From positions 124,001-188,000 of the IMG/VR virus record IMGVR_UViG_3300021057_000274: a stretch of DNA of 64,000 nt. The stretch is one strand, 5' to 3'. The translations under genes were made by a program, and so were the position numbers. Position 1 is the stretch's first letter. The number at the start of each line of letters is the position of its first letter. Below the pieces are notes generated by a model that was not told the origin of the DNA, did not search any database, and was given only the letters and a program-made list of their open reading frames with translations. Shown here piece after piece: positions 27,493-35,278 of the stretch.

Positions 27493-28835
27493 GTGACGTC
27501 AGACTGAAGAAGTCGTTTCGCGACATGGCGCAAGAGTTTGGTGTCCTCGTTCAAGAGTTCACCGCGCCGACCACGACGCCTGCGCCGAACCCCGCGATCC
27601 AGGCTACCCAAGCCAAGCAGCAGTCCGGTAACTTGCAAGACATCGAGAAGCAGGTGCAGGGCAAGCTCGACCGTTCAGAGAAGCTTGACGAGATCGACAC
27701 GGTGACGTTCGGCCTCGAGACCGACGACAACAAGATCGTCAAGGTCTACGTCAAGGCCGAGCAGGCCGATGACTTCGAGAAAGAGCTAGCGGAGCAGCTG
27801 GGAGAGTCCGACAACATCGAGGACGTGCTCAATGAGCTCTCCAAGAAGTACGAGATCGTCGACGTCGAGTGGCCTGACGATGAGGATGACGAGACGACGA
27901 AGCCAGACGAGGAGGACGAGGACGCTGAGTCCGACGGCTCAGAAGCGCTAAACGACAAGGTCTACAACAAGGATGACCAGATGGCAAAGGAAGATCTCAA
28001 TTTCGGAGAGCGCGCAACTCTAACTCTCCTCGAGGGCAACGACTCTGGACCGATCGAGCAACGTCTCAACACTCCGGCGCAGCTCATGGTCTACAACGCG
28101 ATCATCGAGCTGGGAATTCCTGAGGTCGTCCTGAACAAGAGCCCGTACAAGCCCGCGATCATCCAGGGCATCCGCGCGAAGGGCCTTGAGCTGATGAGAA
28201 ACTCCTCGCTCAAGCAAGCGCTCAAGCTCTTCATCACCCGGTCGAACGACTATGAGAACCTCAACCATGACTCGTACGCTCGCAAGGATAAGAAAGACGC
28301 GAAGGCAGATCCGAAGGCGAAGGACGCGAAGCCTGGAGCAGCTAGGCCGACCGCCAAGCAATCGGTCAAGGAGAGCGTCGAGAGCGCTAAGACCGATTGG
28401 AAGTTCGAGCGAGAGGGAGAGACCTTCAACATCTCTTGTGACTCGTTCGAGATTCACCTCGACGACGAGCAGACCGAGAAGCTTCTCAAGAGCGTCTCGA
28501 ACAAGGACGCCGTCGCGGTCAAGGACGCCGAGGACAACTCGAGCTTCATCTTCTCACCCCGGGGGGTCAACCTCCTAGTGAAGAAGAAGGGCGAGCAGCT
28601 GACGAAGCTCATGACAGCCGCGCAGCTCGACCAGATGTTCACGTCGCTCGGTGACATGGCTGCCGAAGGGTTGACTGAGGCGCTTGACCCGCAGTGCCCG
28701 GTCGTCAAGACCTTCCTGGCGACGACGGTTGACCCGAAGGCCCCAGAGTCGAAGGAGGACGCCGAGTTTCGCAAGATGCACCCGACCAAGTGTGCGCGCT
28801 GCAAGATGTACTCCCGGCGCAAGCTGACCGCTTGA
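27489..28835 (+). CDS. Hypothetical acidic late protein, probable virion protein
   Basis: GTGA coupling; D/E-rich tract; LLEG, VKES and LTEA motifs. Confidence 0.7.
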   Translation: MSDVRLKKSFRDMAQEFGVLVQEFTAPTTTPAPNPAIQATQAKQQSGNLQDIEKQVQGKLDRSEKLDEIDTVTFGLETDDNKIVKVYVKAEQADDFEKELAEQLGESDNIEDVLNELSKKYEIVDVEWPDDEDDETTKPDEEDEDAESDGSEALNDKVYNKDDQMAKEDLNFGERATLTLLEGNDSGPIEQRLNTPAQLMVYNAIIELGIPEVVLNKSPYKPAIIQGIRAKGLELMRNSSLKQALKLFITRSNDYENLNHDSYARKDKKDAKADPKAKDAKPGAARPTAKQSVKESVESAKTDWKFEREGETFNISCDSFEIHLDDEQTEKLLKSVSNKDAVAVKDAEDNSSFIFSPRGVNLLVKKKGEQLTKLMTAAQLDQMFTSLGDMAAEGLTEALDPQCPVVKTFLATTVDPKAPESKEDAEFRKMHPTKCARCKMYSRRKLTA

Positions 28836-29488
28836 CCTTCAACTATCAAGACTACGAGGCGCTCAACGTAGAGGGAAAGCGGATCTACCAGATCTCCGCT
28901 GAAAAGTACTATCCCTCGATCACGACGATCTTAGGGCAGACCCAAGAGCCTGAGAAGCGTAACGCGCTCGACGCGTGGCGCGCGCGGGTCGGGGTGCAGA
29001 AAGCGAACAAGATCACGAGCGACGCGGCGACTCGCGGGACAAACACCCACTTGATGCTCGAGCGCTTCCTCAACGGCGAGGATCCTCGTCTCGAGGAGTT
29101 TCCAGAGGCTCACTCTCGGATCTTCAAGAGCCTCAGGCTCCAGCTCCAGCGCATAAATAAGGTCTACGGGCAAGAGGTGGTCTTGTTCTCCGACATCCTC
29201 GGAGTTGCCGGTCGATGTGACCTCGTGGCTGAGTACGACGGCACGCTCTCGATCGTCGACTACAAGACCTCCTCGAGGGTAAAGTCAGCCGACGAGATCG
29301 GTGACTACTGGTTGCAGGCCGCGTTCTACGCGATCGCGCACAACGAGATGTTTGGAACCGAGATCAGCAAGCTAGTCATCATGATGGGCGTTGAAAATCA
29401 CCTTCCCCTGATCTTCCGCAAGCAGATCGATGACGAGCTGCTGCTCAAGCTGGCGACTCGCGTCAGCGAGTTCTACGCGAGGATCTGA
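28832..29488 (+). CDS. PD-(D/E)XK exonuclease (Cas4-like phage family)
   Basis: YPSITTIL, RGTNTH, AGRCDL, IVDYKTS, LQAAFYA motifs. Confidence 0.9.
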   Translation: MTFNYQDYEALNVEGKRIYQISAEKYYPSITTILGQTQEPEKRNALDAWRARVGVQKANKITSDAATRGTNTHLMLERFLNGEDPRLEEFPEAHSRIFKSLRLQLQRINKVYGQEVVLFSDILGVAGRCDLVAEYDGTLSIVDYKTSSRVKSADEIGDYWLQAAFYAIAHNEMFGTEISKLVIMMGVENHLPLIFRKQIDDELLLKLATRVSEFYARI

Positions 29489-29489
29489 G

Positions 29490-30332
29490 ATGAAGCTAGA
29501 TTCTCTCGTTCTCGTTGAGCGCGAACAGCTTCCGCAATACAAGAAGGAGCTGACAGAGCACCGCTTCGTCGACTTGCTTAACTCGCACTGCAAGAACTCG
29601 CACAACGTCGCCAAGCGAATCCCGCTGTACGTGCGCATGACCGGGGCTGACTTCATCCAGATCGACCCGCTCCAACGCGAGGAGCGCTCCCCGTTTTGGA
29701 TCGATCGCCTGATCAAGGAGATGACGGCCTGGAAGATGTTCCCGAGCCGCAGCCGCTGCTTGAAGGTCTTCACCGACAAGGACGGCATCGGCGACGGTGA
29801 CCTCTACGTCGTCTTCCCGTATGACAAGGCCAGGATCGGCGTTTGCTCGGGCAGTACGTTCTACAAGAGCTTCACCCACCTCAAGAAAGCCGTCGACGTC
29901 TCTCGAGTCGACAACACGGCGCTCCACAACTGGATCAAGAAGCTCATCTCGGCGCTGAACAAGGTCGAGTCCAAGATCAGGATTAACGTCGAGGACGACC
30001 ACGGCACCTTCAGCGAGTTCAAGAAGCTGCTCGACAAGGTCACCAAGGAGGTCACCGAGCACGGCTTCCAGAAGCTTCACAAAGCGCTCGTCAAGAGCGA
30101 CTCCCCGACCGACGAGGAGATGAAGATCGCCAAGAACTTCCTCGATCGTCACCTATCGGCTGACCGGTACCTCGAGGTGATGCTAGATCCGGGAACTAAT
30201 GATTTTGTCACGATGAGGATCGAGAGCTTGCAGAAGCCCTACTCTGGTCGTGAGATGTGGGTGAGCGCTCCGTGCTTACTCATCAAGCGAGACAAGTACG
30301 TCGAGATGCACGAGAGAGGGGACATCAAGTGA
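29490..30332 (+). CDS. Hypothetical protein, probable internal head protein
   Basis: N-terminus MKLDSLVLVE. Confidence 0.65.
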   Translation: MKLDSLVLVEREQLPQYKKELTEHRFVDLLNSHCKNSHNVAKRIPLYVRMTGADFIQIDPLQREERSPFWIDRLIKEMTAWKMFPSRSRCLKVFTDKDGIGDGDLYVVFPYDKARIGVCSGSTFYKSFTHLKKAVDVSRVDNTALHNWIKKLISALNKVESKIRINVEDDHGTFSEFKKLLDKVTKEVTEHGFQKLHKALVKSDSPTDEEMKIAKNFLDRHLSADRYLEVMLDPGTNDFVTMRIESLQKPYSGREMWVSAPCLLIKRDKYVEMHERGDIK

Positions 30333-30616
30333 AGCTAAGCGACATCTACGAGAAGTCAGCATACATCGCCACGGGGAACTCTGAGGATCTGGACGATAAC
30401 CTCACGACCTTTGAGGTGATCGGCGAAAACGAAGAGGAAGCATACAGCGTCGTCATCACCAAGGACGGCAAGGTCGACAGCGTCAATCCTGAGCCAAATG
30501 CCGATCGCGAGGCGATCATCAAGCCTGCGCTCGATCTGTTCAAAAAGCGCGGACGCGGGTCATACACCGATCTGCCTGCTAGCCAAAACGTCGGCAACAT
30601 CAAGCCAGCCAAGTGA
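30329..30616 (+). CDS. Hypothetical protein, probable internal head protein
   Basis: N-terminus MKLSDIYE; GTGA coupling. Confidence 0.6.
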   Translation: MKLSDIYEKSAYIATGNSEDLDDNLTTFEVIGENEEEAYSVVITKDGKVDSVNPEPNADREAIIKPALDLFKKRGRGSYTDLPASQNVGNIKPAK

Positions 30617-32154
30617 AGCTCCTCATCTTCACCGCCGAACCGAAGAACTTCGTCCCTGTCAAGATCGCAGAGGCGGCGGAGAAGGCTGGGTTCGAGTCGG
30701 CGGAGATCATCGACGTCACCCGTCTCATCCTCCTCGACTGGGAGAACGCTGAGATCTTCCGCGTCGTTCACGCCGAGCAGAGAGAGGGCGAGGAACCTGT
30801 CGAGCCCCAGATCGAGACTCTCCAGATCGACGAGAGCACCGTCATCATCCCGAGGCTCAACGAGCACCACCTCGACGTCAAGCTGTCAATCCTCAAGCGC
30901 GCCCAGCTCAAGGGCGCGAAGATGGTCAACTCGCCCGAGAGCATGGAGCTCTGCAACGACAAGCTGATGTCACAGGTGCTGCTGTCGAGCAATGGGGTCA
31001 TGACGCCAATCACTTACACGATTCCAGGCTGCGAGAAGTCGCTCGAGCCAGCGGTGATGCACATCGAGAAGTCAGGCATGAAGTTCCCGATGATCCTGAA
31101 GACCCTCCGAGGCACCCACGGAATCGGAGTCATGCGCGTCGACTCAAAGGCGTCGCTGACCTCGGTCGCACAGACGCTCTGCAAGGAAGGACTAGACGTT
31201 CTCATCCAGCAATACATCGAGCACGAGCACTCGTTCCGTATGATCATGGTCGGTCAAGAGCTGCTCGCCGCAAACAAGCGGGGTCAACCCAAGGACAAGG
31301 GCGAGTTTAGAACGAACGCGCATCTCGGCTCTCAGACGGAGGCCTACGAGCCTACCCAAGCCGAGATCGACCTCGGCAAGAAGATTGTCGCTCTCTTCGG
31401 CTGTAACTTCTGCGCGATCGACTACATCATGCTAGACGACAAGATCATCGTTCTTGAGGTCAACGGCTCACCAGGGCTCGAGAACATCCAGTCGAACTAC
31501 CCCGACCGTGATCTCCCGGCAAAGGTCGCAGAGTACGCGTTGACCTTCGTGAACGGGATCGCCGATCTAAAGACTGATGCCAACAGCGCTCCACCGACCG
31601 AGGACGAGATGGCGGTGGACAATCAAGCTCTGGCCGAACCTCCTGCTCTAGCAACTGATCTGGCGCCAGTCGAGCCAGCCACTGAGCCTACCGCGCCGAC
31701 GACGGAGCCGACCAACGACCGCTCTCCCGGCCAGATCAGCGAGGTTGAGCAGGTGATCATTCACCAGATCATCGAGGAACCTGTTGAGGCTAGGGTTGAC
31801 ACTGGAGCTAAGACGTCGTCACTTCACGTCGACAAGCTCGAGTTTGATGATGACTGGGCGAAGTTCACTCGTAAGGATTCTACCTTCAAGGTTCCTGTCG
31901 CACGCATCATCAAGGTCAAGAACGTCCACGGCGGTGACAACAGCCGCCGACCGGTGGTCAAGCTCGACGTCACGATCAACGACAAGCGTTATAACCGAGT
32001 TGAGTTCTCGCTCAACAACCGTGAGCAGATGAAGTATCAGGTGATCGTCGGTCGCAACCTGATTGAACTAGTCGGACTTCCTGTGACCGTCAAGACCAAC
32101 TCTGAACAGGCCCAAGACGCTCCTGAGGCGAAGGTCGAGATCGAAGAAGAGTAG
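30613..32154 (+). CDS. rimK: RimK-family ATP-grasp ligase fused to a RimB-like retropepsin protease
   Basis: CNDKL, KTLRGTHGIGV, FRTNAHLG, VLEVNGSPG; C-terminal ARVDTGAKTSSLH...IVGRN. Confidence 0.9.
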   Translation: MKLLIFTAEPKNFVPVKIAEAAEKAGFESAEIIDVTRLILLDWENAEIFRVVHAEQREGEEPVEPQIETLQIDESTVIIPRLNEHHLDVKLSILKRAQLKGAKMVNSPESMELCNDKLMSQVLLSSNGVMTPITYTIPGCEKSLEPAVMHIEKSGMKFPMILKTLRGTHGIGVMRVDSKASLTSVAQTLCKEGLDVLIQQYIEHEHSFRMIMVGQELLAANKRGQPKDKGEFRTNAHLGSQTEAYEPTQAEIDLGKKIVALFGCNFCAIDYIMLDDKIIVLEVNGSPGLENIQSNYPDRDLPAKVAEYALTFVNGIADLKTDANSAPPTEDEMAVDNQALAEPPALATDLAPVEPATEPTAPTTEPTNDRSPGQISEVEQVIIHQIIEEPVEARVDTGAKTSSLHVDKLEFDDDWAKFTRKDSTFKVPVARIIKVKNVHGGDNSRRPVVKLDVTINDKRYNRVEFSLNNREQMKYQVIVGRNLIELVGLPVTVKTNSEQAQDAPEAKVEIEEE

Positions 32155-32160
32155 CAAGAG

Positions 32161-32166
32161 TAAATA
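32161..32166 (+). promoter_or_regulatory. Late promoter core TAAATA
   Basis: Intergenic, 20 nt before ATG. Confidence 0.55.
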
Positions 32167-32186
32167 GAACAATAACATAGACGGAT

Positions 32187-32813
32187 ATGCAACCAAAATC
32201 TCCCTTCCTAGTGTTTCAAGACCTGCTTGACGGCCCGACCTGCGATCGCATCGCTGAGACCGTGCGTGTCGAGCCCTCCAAGGACGATGAAAATCGACCC
32301 TTAGCGATGGAGCGCTACCACGTTCCCTCTGAGGAGGTCGTCTTTGACGCGTTCAAGCAGCACATCCCAACCTTAGCGAAGCACTACGAGGGATTCGTTT
32401 ACCGAGGCACCGAGCATCTGGTCTTTCAGCAGTTTCCCGTCAACGGCAAGATCGCAGAGAAGCCGCACTGTGAGAACGCGGTCTTCAAGCGAAAGAAGTG
32501 GATCAAGATCAAGGACCGCGACCTGACAGGAGTGCTCTGGTTGAAAGACTTTCAGGACGTTCCGCCGTTCAACATCAAGACGCAGGTGCTCGGCGGCAAG
32601 CTCGAGTTTCCGGCCTACAACTTTGGCTTCCAGCCTCAGAAGGGGACGCTCGTAGTCTATCCAGCTTGCCCTCGCTTCATCAGCCTAGTCTCTCAGATCA
32701 TGGTGGGAGAGCTCCAGCAGATCCGATTTCACATCTGTGGAGAGGGGATATGGACCTATAACCCGGAGAGATACCCGGGAGATTTCCGCGACTGGTTCAA
32801 GGAAATAGTGTAG
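32187..32813 (+). CDS. 2OG-Fe(II) oxygenase-like protein
   Basis: PHCE, RDLTGVLWL, GGKLEFP, GTLVVYP pattern; distal His not evident. Confidence 0.75.
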   Translation: MQPKSPFLVFQDLLDGPTCDRIAETVRVEPSKDDENRPLAMERYHVPSEEVVFDAFKQHIPTLAKHYEGFVYRGTEHLVFQQFPVNGKIAEKPHCENAVFKRKKWIKIKDRDLTGVLWLKDFQDVPPFNIKTQVLGGKLEFPAYNFGFQPQKGTLVVYPACPRFISLVSQIMVGELQQIRFHICGEGIWTYNPERYPGDFRDWFKEIV

Positions 32814-32822
32814 TCTTACCTG

Positions 32823-32850
32823 TTTACTTCCGCTTCGTCCGTGTTATAAT
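32823..32850 (+). promoter_or_regulatory. Sigma70-like promoter with extended -10
   Basis: TTTACT - 16 nt - TATAAT with TGn extension. Confidence 0.65.
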
Positions 32851-32865
32851 GACTCCAGTGTCATT

Positions 32866-33075
32866 TTGCACGGGAACTGGATGTCTCACGAGATTGAGGT
32901 AAATTACTCGATTCTGAACGGAAGCATCCGAGGGAAGCGGTCATTTCCGCTCATCTCGAAGAAGTCTGGCAAAGCTCTCAGGGCGGTCGCTGAAGCCAAG
33001 GCTCGTCTCATCGTTCAGAAGATGATCAAGTGCGATCCGCAGCAGATCATCATCAATCACCTGTCGATCGGTTAA
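32866..33075 (+). CDS. Hypothetical protein (start may be ATG 32881)
   Basis: Follows the sigma70-like promoter. Confidence 0.5.
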   Translation: MHGNWMSHEIEVNYSILNGSIRGKRSFPLISKKSGKALRAVAEAKARLIVQKMIKCDPQQIIINHLSIG

Positions 33076-33078
33076 ATA
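33073..33078 (+). promoter_or_regulatory. Late promoter core TAAATA, 5 nt before the release factor ATG
   Basis: Direct reading. Confidence 0.6.
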
Positions 33079-33083
33079 GGGAC

Positions 33084-33758
33084 ATGAAGATCCTCATCGA
33101 GATCCGCCCCGGCGAGGGCGGGGACGACGCCAAGCTGCTCGTCCAAGACCAAGGCAAGATCTACCTCCGCTACGCGGAGCGCAACGGCCTGAGTGCGGAC
33201 GTCGATCTCGACAAGGGTTGACTGACGATCGAGCTGTCTGGAGAGGATAAGCTCGTCAAACCTCTCCTCCTCGAGGCCGGGGGACACCGTTGGCAGAGAA
33301 TTCCACCGACGGAGAAGCGAGGCCGAGTCCACACCAGCACCGTTACCGTCGCGGTCTTACAGCTCGGTGACGAGAGAACCTATCGTCTTCGTGATCAAGA
33401 CATCCAGGTCTTCACGAAGCGCGGAAGCGGCCCGGGTGGGCAGCATCGTAACAAGACCGAATCGGACGTCGTCATGCGCCACCTTCCGACAGGTCTAGAG
33501 GCGATCGCGACTAGCAAGTCACAGCACAACAACCGGAAGACCGCTCGAGCGATCCTAGAGGCTCGGGTTGCCGCGCTCTACGCCGAACGAGCTGCTGGAG
33601 CTAGAGACGCAGAGCGAGCGAAGCAAGTAGGAAGCGGAATGCGCGGCGACAAGATCAGAACCTACCGGGAGAGAGACGACGTCGTCACTGATCACCGAAC
33701 AGAGCGAAAGTGCCGACTTAGTGACGTGCAACGAGGGCTGCTTGAGCGACTTAGGTGA
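33084..33758 (+). CDS. Class I peptide release factor, RF1-like and lacking domain 1, with in-frame TGA at 33219-33221
   Basis: IEIRPGEGGDDA...DKG*LTIELSG...EAGGHRWQRIPPTEKRGRVHTS...GPGGQHRNK; one frame throughout (224 aa with readthrough). Confidence 0.9.
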
Positions 33759-34086
33759 TCTTCCAGAACTCTGCGTGCACGATCGACGCAGCTTCTGAGA
33801 TCACTTGAATGTTCGTCTTGCCGTAACAGTTGAAGAACCGCGTTGTGCCAGCTGGAATCGGGATCGCACCAGTGCCATCTGTTGTGTCAGCCGAGACCGA
33901 CGGAGCCGTATTGAACTTAAAGAAGACGTGATCCTTGAGAGCGGTCAGGGCGACGACATGTCCGTCCGTCGGAATCACGATCGTTTCCGCCGAAGCCGCA
34001 CCTAACACTCGTACGTTGACCGTGTCGCTCGCGGTCAGGGCATAGTGGCCCTGATTCAGATCGCTGATAGATTCGAACTTGTTCAC
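33751..34086 (-). CDS. Hypothetical protein, last gene of the late operon
   Basis: Coupled to the o-spanin gene; overlaps the release factor stop. Confidence 0.65.
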   Translation of the reverse strand: MNKFESISDLNQGHYALTASDTVNVRVLGAASAETIVIPTDGHVVALTALKDHVFFKFNTAPSVSADTTDGTGAIPIPAGTTRFFNCYGKTNIQVISEAASIVHAEFWKIT

Positions 34087-34451
34087 TTGCTCTCGTACCT
34101 CTTGGTCTCTTCGGCCATCTTCTTCTGAGCATCCTCGTGCATCTTCTTGACCTGCTCATTCTTGACGGCGTTTTGAGACTTGTAGACCTGCAGGAGATTC
34201 TCAAGCTGGTCGGCGTAGGAGGTGAGTTGCTCAAGCGCAAGAGCGTTGAGACGTACGGTGATCTGTGAGATGACCTCATCCTTACGATCGGCCTCGGTGA
34301 TCACGACGAAGGCGGGACGCTGAGGAAGATCGGGGTTTGGGCACTCGATCGCGACCGGCTCTTTGACGAAGACCGGGATCTCCTTCTTCGGGAGGAAGCT
34401 GCAACCCCCCAAGAGGGCCAGTGCTGCTACCGCTACTATAACTGTTCTCAT
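34083..34451 (-). CDS. o-spanin (Rz1-like lipoprotein)
   Basis: Lipobox LLGG-C, Pro-rich segment, directly after the i-spanin. Confidence 0.75.
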   Translation of the reverse strand: MRTVIVAVAALALLGGCSFLPKKEIPVFVKEPVAIECPNPDLPQRPAFVVITEADRKDEVISQITVRLNALALEQLTSYADQLENLLQVYKSQNAVKNEQVKKMHEDAQKKMAEETKRYESK

Positions 34452-34873
34452 CTTCTTCTCCCCTTGTCGTTCCAGCGGGTGACGGTCTTGTTATACTCGT
34501 CGGCTAGCCATCGCATCGCGCCAGGGCAGTCTTGCGGCACCTTCGCTTGAACGATATGCTGCTGACGAACCATCGAGGCGGTCGCGATGGTTTGGTTGGT
34601 CATGACCGCCTTGTCGAGCAAGCTCTGGAGAGCGACGCCCTGGTTCTTCCAAGTGTCGATCGCCTCATTTTGATGCTGGATCGAGGTCTTGAGCTGGGCT
34701 TTCTCGACTTGAAGCTGTCCGATCTCCTCATTCTTCTTCTTGACGTCGCTCTCGAGGGAGGAGACTTGCACCTTCAGCAAGAGCACGAACGCGAGGAGCA
34801 CGACGACCGCGACGGCCGCGATCACCGTCGTTACCTTGCCTGCGAGGGGTAGAGCTGCGAAAAATGGCAACAT
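34448..34873 (-). CDS. i-spanin (Rz-like)
   Basis: N-terminal TM, long coiled coil, C-terminal Cys. Confidence 0.75.
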   Translation of the reverse strand: MLPFFAALPLAGKVTTVIAAVAVVVLLAFVLLLKVQVSSLESDVKKKNEEIGQLQVEKAQLKTSIQHQNEAIDTWKNQGVALQSLLDKAVMTNQTIATASMVRQQHIVQAKVPQDCPGAMRWLADEYNKTVTRWNDKGRRR

Positions 34874-34876
34874 GAG

Positions 34877-35278
34877 TTACTCCGGCTTCTCTGGTTTGTC
34901 TTTCTTGTCTTCCTTCTTCGTCGGCTCTGGCGTCGGAAGAGTTTGCCCGCCCGTAAACTTCTTGTCAAGGAAGCCACGGAACCACTTTCCGAAGCCCTCG
35001 ACGCCTGCGATGAAGAGGAGCCAGAGACCGAAGAGCTCCCAGCCCAGACTCAACATGTAAGCGTACCAGCCGATGAAGAGCGTCGAGAAGACGATGCCGA
35101 CACAGATCCCGAGCTTGTTCGCGTCACCGTATTGCTTTCCGTCAGCTCCGCGACTTGAGAAGAAGTGCCACCACTCGATCGGGTTTTCGGGGTCGTTGAT
35201 GACTCGCACGAGCCCCCAGACAAAGACGAGGAGCAAGACTACTCCCATGATCGCTTCTAGTTCTAACGTCAGTTCCAT
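34877..35278 (-). CDS. Putative holin
   Basis: Three TM segments, charged C-terminal tail, upstream of the spanins. Confidence 0.55.
   Translation of the reverse strand: MELTLELEAIMGVVLLLVFVWGLVRVINDPENPIEWWHFFSSRGADGKQYGDANKLGICVGIVFSTLFIGWYAYMLSLGWELFGLWLLFIAGVEGFGKWFRGFLDKKFTGGQTLPTPEPTKKEDKKDKPEKPE

Noticed and set aside
28832-29488. Cas4-like nuclease as a sign of CRISPR-Cas
   Set aside because: No array and no other cas genes are present, and stand-alone PD-(D/E)XK nucleases are common in phages.
33200-33230. prfB-type +1 frameshift in the release factor
   Set aside because: The downstream motifs are in the same frame as the upstream part, and there is no CTT-TGA slippery site.
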